Shown here in pieces: positions 1 to 10,178 of a stretch of 64,000 nucleotides of DNA (positions within the stretch are counted from its first letter, which is position 1; each line of letters starts with the position of its first letter). The notes beneath the pieces are model-generated. The model made no database searches. It was not told where the DNA came from and was given only the letters and a program-made list of their open reading frames with translations. Source of the stretch: Candidatus Eiseniibacteriota bacterium. GTDB lineage: Bacteria > Eisenbacteria > RBG-16-71-46. The position numbers and the translations under genes are program-made. Where the stretch lies: positions 1,152,001 through 1,216,000 of the forward strand of contig CAVSAC010000012.1 in the NCBI GenBank assembly GCA_963725865.1, in the 5' to 3' direction.

Positions 1-1460
<1,460 letters not shown>

Positions 1461-1502
1461 CCTGGCTCCAGACGTTTCGAGGGAATGGGATACGCGCTCT
1501 GG

Positions 1503-1530
1503 TTATCGGCCGCCCGAGCGCCTCGCTTCA
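1503..1530 (-). promoter_or_regulatory. sigma28 (FliA/WhiG)-type promoter upstream of pilB
   Basis: Minus strand reads TGAAG-N15-GCCGATAA. The -10 element is an exact match to the sigma28 consensus GCCGATAA, about 42 nt upstream of the ATG. Confidence 0.55.
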
Positions 1531-1571
1531 GGGTCACGCGGGATCGGCGGGCCGCGCCGCGGGGGGGGCGG

Positions 1572-1600
1572 TTGAGGGGGTTCGGGCCGCATGTTACGGT
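1572..1600 (+). promoter_or_regulatory. sigma70-type promoter with extended -10, likely leaderless
   Basis: TTGAGG-N17-TACGGT with TG at 1592-93; ATG at 1609 is 8 nt downstream; no obvious SD. Confidence 0.45.
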
Positions 1601-1608
1601 GCCGCGAC

Positions 1609-3399
1609 ATGAGTGATCCCACCACCCACGAGGGCGACGTCTCGGCGTTCCTCGACCACGCGCTGGCCAGCCTCGCGGTCGCCGGGGCCGACGGGTTCGA
1701 GGCCCAGGCCAACATGAAGGAGCTGTTGCGCGCCGCCACCCGGCACTGCCGCCGCCTGGTGGACGCCGAACAGGTCCGCGTCTGGGTCCTGCGCCGCGGG
1801 GGCCGGCGGCTGGTCGCCCAGGAGTTCACCGACGATGGCGACACGGCCAAGGTGGTGCGCCGTGGTCCCACCGATGGGCTCGCGGGCTGGGCGATCGCGC
1901 ACCAGAAGTCGCTGCGGCTCGCGCCCGGCGAAGGGCCGCCGTGGACGCCCGGCGAGGCGCCGCGGTGGACGCCCGGCGAGGGCCCCGGCTACCAGTCGGC
2001 GCTGGTGATCCCGCTGTTCCGCCGCGGCGAGGTGTTCGGCGCCATCGAGTGCCTCGACAAGCGCGGCGGCGGCGCGTTCACCGACGCGGACTTCGACCAC
2101 CTCGACGCCGCCGCCGAACAGGTGGCGTTCGCCCTCGACAGTGCCCTGCTCCTGGAGGAGACGGAGCGCCGCGCGCTCGAGAAGGAGGTGCTGCTCGAGG
2201 TCTCCAAGACGCTCTCGGGACGGCTCGACCTCGACGATGTCATCGAGGCGATCTTCACCTCGCTGCGCGAGGTGGTGAACTTCGACGCCGGGGCGGTCTA
2301 CCTGATGAACCGCGCGACGCAGGTGCTCGGCGTCGTCAGCTCGGTCGGATACCCCGAGGGCTCCGATCACGCGTTCGGACTCCAGGTCGGGCAGGGAATC
2401 GTCGGCTGGGTGGCGAAGACCGGCGAGCCAGTGATCGTGCCCGACGTCAAGCGCGACCCGCGCTACGTCGCGGCGCGCGTCAGCACCCGCAGCGAGCTGG
2501 CCGCGCCGCTACGGGTCGGCGGGCGGACGGTCGGCGTGTTCAACCTCGAAAGCGACCTCGACGACGCGTACCACGAGGGCCACCTCGAGCTGCTGTCGGC
2601 GTTCGCGGCCCAGGCCGCGATCGCGATCGAGCGTGCCCAGATGATGCGCGATCTGGTCGAGCGGCGGCGGCTCGAGAAGGAGCTGGCGATCGCGCGCGAG
2701 ATCCAGCTGTCGTTCCTGCCCGAGCGCGCGCCCGTGATCCCCGGCTTCGAGCTGGCCGGTGCCGCCCTGCCGCACGACGAGGTGGGCGGCGACTACTTCG
2801 ATTTCATCCCGGTGACCGACACCCGCATGGGGCTCGCGATCGCCGACGTCGCCGGCAAGGGGATCCCCGCCGCGCTCATCATGGCAGGCTTCCGCATGAG
2901 CCTGCTGGCCGAGGTTCGCAACGAGTTCGCGATCCGCGCGGTGATGCGCAAGGTGAACTCGCTGCTCTACGAGAGCACCGAGCGCGACAAGTTCGTGACC
3001 GCGTTCTACGGCGTGCTCGACTACCGCAACCACGCGCTCGTGTTCTCGAACGCCGGCCACAATCCGCCGATCCTGCGGCACCGCGACGGCACCATCGAGT
3101 ACCTGCTCGACGGAGGTCTCGCGCTCGGCATCATGCCGGACTCCCGCTACGAGGAGCGCCCGATGCCGCTGCGCCCGGGCGACGTGCTGGTGCTCTACAC
3201 CGACGGCGTGTCCGAGGCGGAGTCGCCGGACGGCGAGCAGTTTGGCACCACCCGGATCGAGCAGGTGATGGCGCGAATGATGGACGCGAGTGCGCAGGAG
3301 ATCGTCGACGGGATCATCGAGGCGGTGCGCCAGTTCGCCGGCGAGCGCGGCCAGAACGACGACCTCACGCTGCTGGTGATGAAGGCGAAGCTGGAGTAG
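1609..3399 (+). CDS. GAF-GAF-SpoIIE (PP2C) serine phosphatase, RsbU-like
   Basis: Two GAF-like segments, coiled linker RRLEKELAIAREIQ, PP2C motifs VGGDYFD, IADVAGKG, NAGHNPP, LYTDGVSE, DDLTLL. Confidence 0.9.
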   Translation: MSDPTTHEGDVSAFLDHALASLAVAGADGFEAQANMKELLRAATRHCRRLVDAEQVRVWVLRRGGRRLVAQEFTDDGDTAKVVRRGPTDGLAGWAIAHQKSLRLAPGEGPPWTPGEAPRWTPGEGPGYQSALVIPLFRRGEVFGAIECLDKRGGGAFTDADFDHLDAAAEQVAFALDSALLLEETERRALEKEVLLEVSKTLSGRLDLDDVIEAIFTSLREVVNFDAGAVYLMNRATQVLGVVSSVGYPEGSDHAFGLQVGQGIVGWVAKTGEPVIVPDVKRDPRYVAARVSTRSELAAPLRVGGRTVGVFNLESDLDDAYHEGHLELLSAFAAQAAIAIERAQMMRDLVERRRLEKELAIAREIQLSFLPERAPVIPGFELAGAALPHDEVGGDYFDFIPVTDTRMGLAIADVAGKGIPAALIMAGFRMSLLAEVRNEFAIRAVMRKVNSLLYESTERDKFVTAFYGVLDYRNHALVFSNAGHNPPILRHRDGTIEYLLDGGLALGIMPDSRYEERPMPLRPGDVLVLYTDGVSEAESPDGEQFGTTRIEQVMARMMDASAQEIVDGIIEAVRQFAGERGQNDDLTLLVMKAKLE

Positions 3400-3422
3400 G
3401 CGCGGGCGGCGCGCGCCGCCGC

Positions 3423-3926
3423 TCAGTCCGCCGCCAGCCCGGCGAGCGCGCGGGCCGCGCGCAGCACCTCGAGCGCGTGACCGCCGACGCGCACGTGCCC
3501 CCACACCGCCGCGATGGCACCGCGCACGTCGACCAGGAAGGTGGTACGGCGGAACAACTCGATCCCCCAGCCGCCGATGCCCACCCGCGTGAGCACGCGG
3601 AATGCCGTCCCCGCCGCGCGCTCGGGATCGGAGAGCAGCGGGTACGGCAGCGCGAGCCGCTCGGCCACGGCGCGATTGGCGTCGGCGCGCTCGAGCGACA
3701 CGCCGGCGACCGCCGCTCCGACTTCCGCGAACTTCGGATGGAGTGCGCGGAACCCGCGCATCTCGCGCACTCAGCCGGGAGTGCCGTTGCGGATGTAGAA
3801 GAAGAGAACGAGCGGTCCGCTCCCGATGCGCGAGCGGAGCCGGAACTCGCCACCGGCGCTCGAGGGGAGCGCCAGATCGGGCACCAGGGTGTCGACCAGT
3901 TCCTCGGGACCGGCGGCGGGCGTCAT
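3423..3926 (-). CDS. bcp: Bcp/PrxQ-family peroxiredoxin with in-frame TGA (probable selenocysteine) at the peroxidatic position
   Basis: ORFs 3771..3983 and 3423..3770 share a frame and are separated only by TGA (3771-3773). Joined they read PLVLFFYIRNGTPG-U-VREMRGFR...GVS...PYPLLSD...RRTTFLVD, matching Bcp FYPxxxTPGCT. 167 aa from ATG 3926. Confidence 0.85.
3741..3764 (-). promoter_or_regulatory. Putative bacterial SECIS hairpin
   Basis: Starting 6 nt 3' of the TGA: GAG-A-TGCGCGG-[GTT]-CCGCGCA-CTC, a 10-bp stem with one bulge and a G-first apical loop 17 nt from the UGA. Confidence 0.65.
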
Positions 3927-3932
3927 GAGCGC

Positions 3933-3962
3933 ACGATACGGGAGCGGCGTCGGCGGCGGCAA
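3933..3962 (-). promoter_or_regulatory. sigma70-type promoter of the peroxiredoxin gene, likely leaderless
   Basis: Minus strand TTGCCG-N18-TATCGT, with ATG (3926) 6 nt downstream of the -10. Confidence 0.5.
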
Positions 3963-4039
3963 TCCGCGCGAACGCGGGCGCACGCGGCCACGTTCCGGCG
4001 GCAGGCACGGCGACCGCTCCCTTCGCGGCCGGGATCACC

Positions 4040-4064
4040 GCACTTCAAGCGTCACATGAAGTGC
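4040..4064. promoter_or_regulatory. Inverted repeat, candidate operator
   Basis: GCACTTCA-N9-TGAAGTGC with perfect 8-bp arms, just upstream of a -35 box in a divergent intergenic region. Confidence 0.4.
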
Positions 4065-4071
4065 CGGAGCC

Positions 4072-4100
4072 TTGACCCTCTCCGACATTCCCGATAGTCT
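4072..4100 (+). promoter_or_regulatory. sigma70-type promoter
   Basis: TTGACC-N17-TAGTCT upstream of the site-2 protease/trpS operon. Confidence 0.6.
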
Positions 4101-4141
4101 GGCCCGCACTTCGCTTCCCACCCCGTACCCGGAGCACCTCC

Positions 4142-4798
4142 GTGAGCGTCGATCCGCTGCTCGTCGCCATGATCCCCGTCTGCGTGCTGAGCGTCATCGT
4201 GCACGAGTGCGCGCACGGGCTGGCCGCGCTGTGGCAGGGGGACACGACCGCTCGCGACCGCGGTCGCCTCACGCTCAACCCGCTGCCGCATTTGGACCTG
4301 GTGGGCTCGCTGCTGCTGCCGTCGGTGCTGCTCCTGCTCCGCTCGCCGCTGCTGTTCGGTTGGGCGAAGCCGGTCCCGGTGGACGCCTCGCGACTGCGTC
4401 ATCCGCGCGATGGGATGGTCGGGGTCGCGCTCGCGGGGCCGGCGTCGAACGCGCTGCTCGCGCTGGCGTTCGGCGCGCTCGCGCGACTCGCGCCCGCGAG
4501 CGGCTTCTTCGCGCCGCTGCGCGACATCGGTCTGATCGGCGTCGTGTTCAACTGCGCGCTCGGCCTGTTCAACCTGATCCCGATCCCGCCGCTCGACGGC
4601 TCCTGGGTGCTCATGCGCTTCCTGCCGCTGCGGCACATCCTTGCGCTGCGCACGTTCCGCTTCGTCGGGATGGCGCTGGTGGCGCTGCTGCTGTGGTCGC
4701 CGCTCACGTCGGGTCCGCTGTTCCACGCCCCGCTGCGCGCGGTGGTGACCGCGTGCCTGCACCTCTACGGTCTGCCGACCGCGGCGCTGCCGCTGTGA
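4142..4798 (+). CDS. Site-2 protease family (M50) membrane metalloprotease
   Basis: HECAH (HExxH), GRLTLNP, ALAGPASN, FNLIPIPPLDG motifs; hydrophobic. Confidence 0.92.
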   Translation: MSVDPLLVAMIPVCVLSVIVHECAHGLAALWQGDTTARDRGRLTLNPLPHLDLVGSLLLPSVLLLLRSPLLFGWAKPVPVDASRLRHPRDGMVGVALAGPASNALLALAFGALARLAPASGFFAPLRDIGLIGVVFNCALGLFNLIPIPPLDGSWVLMRFLPLRHILALRTFRFVGMALVALLLWSPLTSGPLFHAPLRAVVTACLHLYGLPTAALPL

Positions 4799-5841
4799 CG
4801 CCGGGGCGGATCCTCTCGGGCATGCGTCCCACCGGACGACTGCACCTCGGCAACTTCGTCGGCGCGCTCGAGAACTGGGTGCACCTGCAGGACTCGGGCT
4901 GGCAGAGCTTCCACATGGTGGCCGACTGGCACATGCTGACCACCGGCTACGAGGACACCTCGCGCCTGCAATCGGACACCTACGAGATGGTGCTCGACTG
5001 GCTCGCCGCGGGCATCGATCCCAAGCGCAGCGTGATCTTCGTGCAGTCCGAGGTGAAGGAGCACGCCGAGCTGCACCTGCTGCTCTCGATGCTGGTCTCG
5101 AAGGCGACGCTCGAGCGGGTGCCGACGCTCAAGGAGCAGGTCGAGGACCTGCACCTCGACCTCCAGACCATCTCCTACGGGCACCTCGGCTACCCGGTGC
5201 TGCAGGCCGCCGACATCCTCATGTACAAGGCGAGCCACGTTCCGGTCGGCCGCGACCAGGTGCCCCACGTCGAGCTCACGCGCGAGCTCGCGCGGCGCTT
5301 CAACTTCGTGTACTGCCGCGACCGCGCGCCGGTGTTCCTGGAGCCCGACGAGCTGCTCACCGAGTTCCCGCGACTGCGCGGGCTCGACGGCAATCGCATG
5401 AGCAAGTCGGTCGGCAACACCATCCTGCTGGCCGAGGAGCCGCAGGACATCCTGACCAAGGTGATGAGCGCGTACACGGACCCGAAGAAGCTGCGCAAGG
5501 ACGATCCGGGACGCCCGGAGGCCGACCCCACCGACGGCCACCCCGGATGCGTGGTGTACGAGTACCATCGCAAGTTCAATCCCGGCGAGGCCGCCGACGT
5601 GGCGAGCCGCTGCCGCGCGGGCACGCTCGGGTGCGTGGCCGACAAGCAGCACCTCGCGCAGAAGCTGGCCGAGTACCTCGCGCCGATCCGCGAGCAACGC
5701 GCGCGCTGGGCGGCCGACCCGGACGCGGTGCGCGACGTCATCCGCGACGGCAACGCGCGGGCGCGGACGGTGGCGCGGGCGACCATGGAGCAGGTGCGCG
5801 AGGCGATGGGCCTCGCGTCGGACCGTGAGGTGCGGGCATGA
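4795..5841 (+). CDS. trpS: Tryptophan--tRNA ligase
   Basis: GTG start overlapping the upstream stop; SGMRPTGRLHLGN (HIGH), GYPVLQAADIL, VPVGRDQ, RMSKS. Confidence 0.96.
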   Translation: MTPGRILSGMRPTGRLHLGNFVGALENWVHLQDSGWQSFHMVADWHMLTTGYEDTSRLQSDTYEMVLDWLAAGIDPKRSVIFVQSEVKEHAELHLLLSMLVSKATLERVPTLKEQVEDLHLDLQTISYGHLGYPVLQAADILMYKASHVPVGRDQVPHVELTRELARRFNFVYCRDRAPVFLEPDELLTEFPRLRGLDGNRMSKSVGNTILLAEEPQDILTKVMSAYTDPKKLRKDDPGRPEADPTDGHPGCVVYEYHRKFNPGEAADVASRCRAGTLGCVADKQHLAQKLAEYLAPIREQRARWAADPDAVRDVIRDGNARARTVARATMEQVREAMGLASDREVRA

Positions 5842-6773
5842 GCGCGACGGACGAGCGCGACGAATCGACCGGACTGGCGCCGGGCGCCGACGTGCCGGTG
5901 GGGGAGTCGGACGCGGCCGCGGCCGCGACCGCCGCGCCGGCCAGCGCCGCGCCGAATTCCGCCGCGGGGAGCGAGCCGCCGAGCATGCTCGACCAGCTCC
6001 CTGGGCGCGCGGCACGCCAATCGGTGACGGTCAAGCTCGAGCGCTTCGAAGGGCCGCTCGACCTGCTGCTCCATCTCATCAAGCGCGACGAGATCGACAT
6101 CTACGACATCCCGATCGCGCGCATCACGCAGCAGTACCTCGCCTACATCGAGCTGATGCGCGCGCTCGATCTCGACATCGCCGGCGAGTTCCTCGTGATG
6201 GCGGCCACGCTCATGCGCATCAAGGCCAAGATGCTGCTGCCGACGCCCGCGATCGGCGAGGAAGAGGATGAGGGCGATCCGCGTGAGGAGCTGGTGCAGC
6301 GCCTGATCGAATACCGCCAGTTCAAGGAGGCTGCCGACACGCTCAAGGACCGCGAGGCCGAGCGCCGGCTGCTGTTCGAGCGTGGGATGGTGCCGGGCGA
6401 GGACGAGGCGGGGCCGCTGCCGCTCGCGCCGGCGTCGCTGTTCGACCTGCTCGACGCGCTCAACCGGGTCATGGCGCGGATTCCGGAACAGGCCGTCTAC
6501 GAGGTGCAGGGCGAGCTCTACGACGTCGACGACAAGATGAGCCTGATCGCCAGCACCGTGGCCGAGCGCGGCGAGGTGTCGTTCACCGAGCTGCTGCTCC
6601 GCTGCCGCGCCCGCCTGGAGATGGTCGTGACCTTCATGGCGCTGCTCGAGCTGGTGAAGCTCGCGCAGGTCGCCGTGATCCAGACCGAGAACTTCGCGGA
6701 CATCACCATCGTGGCCCGCATGCCGGAAGGGGACGAAACCCATGCCTCCCGTACGACTCCAAGCAGCGATTGA
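5838..6773 (+). CDS. scpA: Segregation and condensation protein A (kleisin)
   Basis: FEGPLDLLLHLI, FLVMAATLMRIKAKMLLP, TFMALLELVK. Confidence 0.95.
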   Translation: MSATDERDESTGLAPGADVPVGESDAAAAATAAPASAAPNSAAGSEPPSMLDQLPGRAARQSVTVKLERFEGPLDLLLHLIKRDEIDIYDIPIARITQQYLAYIELMRALDLDIAGEFLVMAATLMRIKAKMLLPTPAIGEEEDEGDPREELVQRLIEYRQFKEAADTLKDREAERRLLFERGMVPGEDEAGPLPLAPASLFDLLDALNRVMARIPEQAVYEVQGELYDVDDKMSLIASTVAERGEVSFTELLLRCRARLEMVVTFMALLELVKLAQVAVIQTENFADITIVARMPEGDETHASRTTPSSD

Positions 6774-7572
6774 GGCGCTGCTCTTCTCCTCGGATCAGCC
6801 GCTGCCGCTGGCGCTGATCGCCGAGGCGCTCGAGGCCGCTCCCGACGAGGTGGCGGTCGAGCTGGTCGCGCTCGGTGAGGCCTACGCCTCGCGCGAGGCG
6901 GGCGTCGAGCTGCGCGAGATCGCGGGCGGCTGGCAGCTCGTCACCACGCCCGCGCAGGCCGAGTGGGTGGGACGGATGATGCGCGGCAAGCGCCGGATGC
7001 GGCTGTCGCGAGCGGCGCTCGAGACGCTGGCGATCATCGCGTACAAGCAGCCCGTCACGAAGTCCGAGGTCGAGGCGATCCGCGGCGTGGACGCGAGCGG
7101 CGTGATGGCGACGCTGCTGGAGCGCAACCTGGTCACGATCCGCGGGCGCTCCAAGGTGGTCGGCCGCCCGCTGCTGTACGGCACCACGCAGGAGTTCCTC
7201 GAGTACTTCGGGCTCCGCGACCTCGCGGAGCTGCCGCGGCCCGAGGAGCTGCGGGCGCTGGTGGCTGCGCGCGAGCCGGAGCAGCTCGAGATGATGGAGG
7301 TCGAAGTGGTCTCGCAGGTCGCCACCGACCTGCTCTCGAGCGCGGTGGCCGGCGACCTCGCCGCCGACCGGCACCAGATCGAACCGCTCGCGGCCGATGA
7401 CGACGAGTCCGAGCTGGCCGACGACGAGTTCGAGGACGACGAGTTCGACGAGGACGAGGACGAGGACAGAGACGAAGCAGACGCGGACGAAGAGGACGAG
7501 GTCCTCGACGAGGACGAGGCGCACGAGCCGCTGGCGCTCGAGCGTGAGCGTTCGGACGGCGGGAGCTCGTGA
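6742..7572 (+). CDS. scpB: SMC-Scp complex subunit ScpB with acidic C-terminal tail
   Basis: AIEALLF, LSRAALETLAIIAYKQPVT, IRGVD, GRPLLYGTTQEFLEYFGL; D/E-rich tail. Confidence 0.95.
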   Translation: MPPVRLQAAIEALLFSSDQPLPLALIAEALEAAPDEVAVELVALGEAYASREAGVELREIAGGWQLVTTPAQAEWVGRMMRGKRRMRLSRAALETLAIIAYKQPVTKSEVEAIRGVDASGVMATLLERNLVTIRGRSKVVGRPLLYGTTQEFLEYFGLRDLAELPRPEELRALVAAREPEQLEMMEVEVVSQVATDLLSSAVAGDLAADRHQIEPLAADDDESELADDEFEDDEFDEDEDEDRDEADADEEDEVLDEDEAHEPLALERERSDGGSS

Positions 7573-9338
7573 CGATCCGCCTCAACAAGCTGATGGCCGA
7601 GCGCGGCATCGGCGCCCGGCGCAAGTGCGATGCGCTGATCGAGCAGGGCGATGTGCGGGTGAACGGCGTGGTGGTCACCACGCTCGGCGTGCGCGTGGAT
7701 CCGGAGCGCGATCGCGTCACGGTCGGCGGCAAGCCGCTGCCGGGCGCGCCGCGCCATCGTTACCTGGCGATCCACAAGCCGGTGGGGGTCATCACCACGC
7801 TGTCGGATCCCGAGGGCCGCCGCACCATCCGCGACATGCTGCCGCCCGGCGTGCGCCTGTACCCGGTCGGTCGGCTCGATGCCGACACCAGCGGCTTGCT
7901 GCTGGTCACCAACGACGGCGAGCTCGCCCACAAGCTCATGCATCCGCGCTACGGCGTGGAGAAGCTGTATCGCGTGCTGGTGCGTACCCACCCGAATCCC
8001 GGCCAGGTCGCCAAGCTGCAGCGCGGCGTCACCTACGATCCCGGCGTGCGCAGCGCGCCGGCGCGGGTGCGCGTGCGCGACCCGATCACGCGCGGACACG
8101 TGCTCGAGCTCGCGATCCACGAAGGCCGTTACCGCCAGGTGCGCCGGATGTGCGAGGCGGTGGGGCTCGACGTGATCGCGCTGCATCGCTGGGGGTACGG
8201 ACCGCTGCGACTCGGCGATCTGGAGCGCGGCATGGCGCGCGAGCTGAGCGAGGACGAGGTGCGCGCGCTGCGCAATGCGTGCGCGGGCCCCGGCAGCACC
8301 GGGCCCGACGCGCGCCAGCGTGCCGCCCGCCCGCGCCGCCTGCTCGCGGGCGGCATCGGATTCGCGGCGTTGCGCCGCGGTGCACCCGACGCGAAGCCCG
8401 CGAGCGCGCGCCCGCCGCGCCGCTCCGAGCGCGGAGACCGGCCGACGGAACACGACCAGGGCGCGACGTCCGGCGAGGGCGAGATCGGACGACCACGCTA
8501 CGTGGACACCGAGCGCGTGCCGCGCGGTCGCGGTGACGAGGCGCGTCCGCCGCGCGGGCCGCGCACCGAGCGCGGCGCACGTTCCGAGCGGGGCGTGCGG
8601 CCCGAGCGCGGGTCGCGGCCCGAGCGCGGCGCGCGACCCGAGCGCGGTGGTGCGCGGCCGGAATGGTCGAGCCCGCGACCCGAGCGTGGCGCGCGGCCAG
8701 AGCGGGGCGCTCGGCCTGCGCGTGGCGTTCGACCTGAGCGGGGCGTGCGGCCGGAACGCGGCGCGCGATCCGAACGCGGTGGTGCGCGGCCGGAATGGTC
8801 GAGTCCGCGACCCGAGCGCGGCACGCGGCCGGAGCGGGGCACGCGGCCGGAGCGCGGCACGCGGCCGGAGCGCGGCACGCGGCCGGAACGCGGCGCGCGA
8901 TCGGAGCGCGGTGCGCGACCGAATCAGCGCGGGCCGCGACCGGCGTGGGCCGGCGGCCGCCCCGAGCGCGGTGCTCCGCCGGAACGCCGCGGCGCTCGCC
9001 CGGAACGCGGCGCTCGTCTCGAGCGCGATGCTCGCCCTCCGCGCGGTGGCCCGCGTTCGCAGCGCGCCCCGCGACCCGCGGCGCCCGAAGGGCGGCCGCC
9101 GCGCCGGGTGGGGGCACGCGTGCGCCCCATCGACTGGCGGCACGGCGCCAGCCCGATGGCGCCCGAACGACCCACGCGCGCTCCCGGCAGCCGGTCCGCT
9201 GCGGGTCGAAACCCGCGCGGACGTGGGGGCGAAGGCTCACCTGCGGGACGCCCGCGGCGCGGCGCGAGCGGCATGACCGGTCGCCCGGAGCGGAGCGGCA
9301 GTCGTCGCCCGGACGGTCGCGGTCGCCCAAGGCGTTAG
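7569..9338 (+). CDS. rluB: RsuA/RluB-family pseudouridine synthase with long Arg-rich repetitive C-terminal tail
   Basis: S4 domain RLNKLMAERGIGARR, HKPVG, catalytic VGRLDADTSGLLL, EGRYRQVRRM; usual position after scpAB. Confidence 0.88.
   Translation: MTIRLNKLMAERGIGARRKCDALIEQGDVRVNGVVVTTLGVRVDPERDRVTVGGKPLPGAPRHRYLAIHKPVGVITTLSDPEGRRTIRDMLPPGVRLYPVGRLDADTSGLLLVTNDGELAHKLMHPRYGVEKLYRVLVRTHPNPGQVAKLQRGVTYDPGVRSAPARVRVRDPITRGHVLELAIHEGRYRQVRRMCEAVGLDVIALHRWGYGPLRLGDLERGMARELSEDEVRALRNACAGPGSTGPDARQRAARPRRLLAGGIGFAALRRGAPDAKPASARPPRRSERGDRPTEHDQGATSGEGEIGRPRYVDTERVPRGRGDEARPPRGPRTERGARSERGVRPERGSRPERGARPERGGARPEWSSPRPERGARPERGARPARGVRPERGVRPERGARSERGGARPEWSSPRPERGTRPERGTRPERGTRPERGTRPERGARSERGARPNQRGPRPAWAGGRPERGAPPERRGARPERGARLERDARPPRGGPRSQRAPRPAAPEGRPPRRVGARVRPIDWRHGASPMAPERPTRAPGSRSAAGRNPRGRGGEGSPAGRPRRGASGMTGRPERSGSRRPDGRGRPRR
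8560..9030 (+). repeat. Degenerate 18-bp tandem repeat encoding (RPERG[A/T/V/S])n inside rluB
   Basis: Recurring cggccggagcgcggcacg-like units; the block GGARPEWSSPRPERG occurs twice. Confidence 0.85.
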
Positions 9339-9606
9339 CGCGGAGCACGTTTGGTGGTCGGCCTCGCCCACGGACCGGAAGGTGGAGGGCGGCAAGTCGT
9401 GCAGGAACGATTCCTGCGCATTGCATCTCGGTGTAGCTCTCTCGTCCGAGCCGGAGGGCGCGTTCCTCGTCCTCCGGCCACCTCCTTCCGGTCCGCATGG
9501 ATGCGCCGATCGCGGAGCCCGCAGCCCGGGCCCGCCGGAGTGGTCCGTGCAACTCGATCGTGTTCCACCTCCGCGGCCGCTGCCCCTCGAAGATCCGCGG
9601 ACACCC

Positions 9607-10119
9607 GTGCCGGCCGACGGTGTATTCGCAGCAGACCTTCACGGGGAGGGGGTCGGGAGTCCTCCGGTCCGCCGCCCGCGTCTGCGGTCGTGGCTGCTGC
9701 TGTCGCTCGCACTACTGACACTGCTCGGCCAGGGCGAGCGCTTCCAGGTGGACCGGCGGTTCCGGTCGCCCAGTTCCACGCTCACGACCTACTGGGACGC
9801 GCTGCGACGCGGGGACGCCGAGACCGCCTGGCGATGCCTGACCGAGGTGCGTCACGACGCGCCGTTCCCCGGCATGCTGTGGTTCCTGCCCGAGACGGAC
9901 TCGTTCCGACTCGACGCGTTCCGCTCGCTGCCGGTGACCGCGGGCCGCGTCATGGTGACGTACGAGGTGCGCTTCCGCCCGGTGGGACAGAGCGTCGAAC
10001 AGGAGTTCCCGACCGGCAACGAGCTGGTGCGCGTGCGAGGCGAATGGCGCATCGCGCGCAGCATCGGAGAAGTCTCGATGCCGGATTGGCGACCCACTCC
10101 GCGACCGGTTGACATCTGA
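9607..10119 (+). CDS. Hypothetical exported or membrane-anchored protein (start uncertain)
   Basis: 3' part of ORF 9382..10119; hydrophobic stretch WLLLSLALLTLLG followed by a compact globular-looking region (SPSSTLTTYWDALRRGD...GEWRIAR). Confidence 0.55.
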   Translation: MPADGVFAADLHGEGVGSPPVRRPRLRSWLLLSLALLTLLGQGERFQVDRRFRSPSSTLTTYWDALRRGDAETAWRCLTEVRHDAPFPGMLWFLPETDSFRLDAFRSLPVTAGRVMVTYEVRFRPVGQSVEQEFPTGNELVRVRGEWRIARSIGEVSMPDWRPTPRPVDI

Positions 10120-10138
10120 TCGGAGCGGCTCGTAGGCT
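10109..10138 (+). promoter_or_regulatory. sigma70-type promoter
   Basis: TTGACA-N18-TAGGCT upstream of the PorV-like gene. Confidence 0.55.
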
Positions 10139-10178
10139 GCGCGCTCCGGTCGCCCGTCGGTTCGACCTCGAGGCTTCC

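Noticed and set aside
3423..3983. Two small separate genes or a nonsense pseudogene
   Set aside because: The single TGA sits at the catalytic Cys column with a SECIS-like hairpin, so Sec readthrough is the simpler explanation.
4040..4064. CIRCE (HrcA) element
   Set aside because: Shares GCACT/AGTGC, but the spacing is wrong and the TTA/TAA flanks are missing.
8560..9030. CRISPR-like periodic repeats
   Set aside because: Degenerate in-frame 18-bp coding repeats with no unique spacers and no cas genes.
9366..9392. SRP RNA-like ACC-GGAA-GGT tetraloop
   Set aside because: Lacks the conserved CAGG and AGCA internal-loop bases of SRP domain IV.
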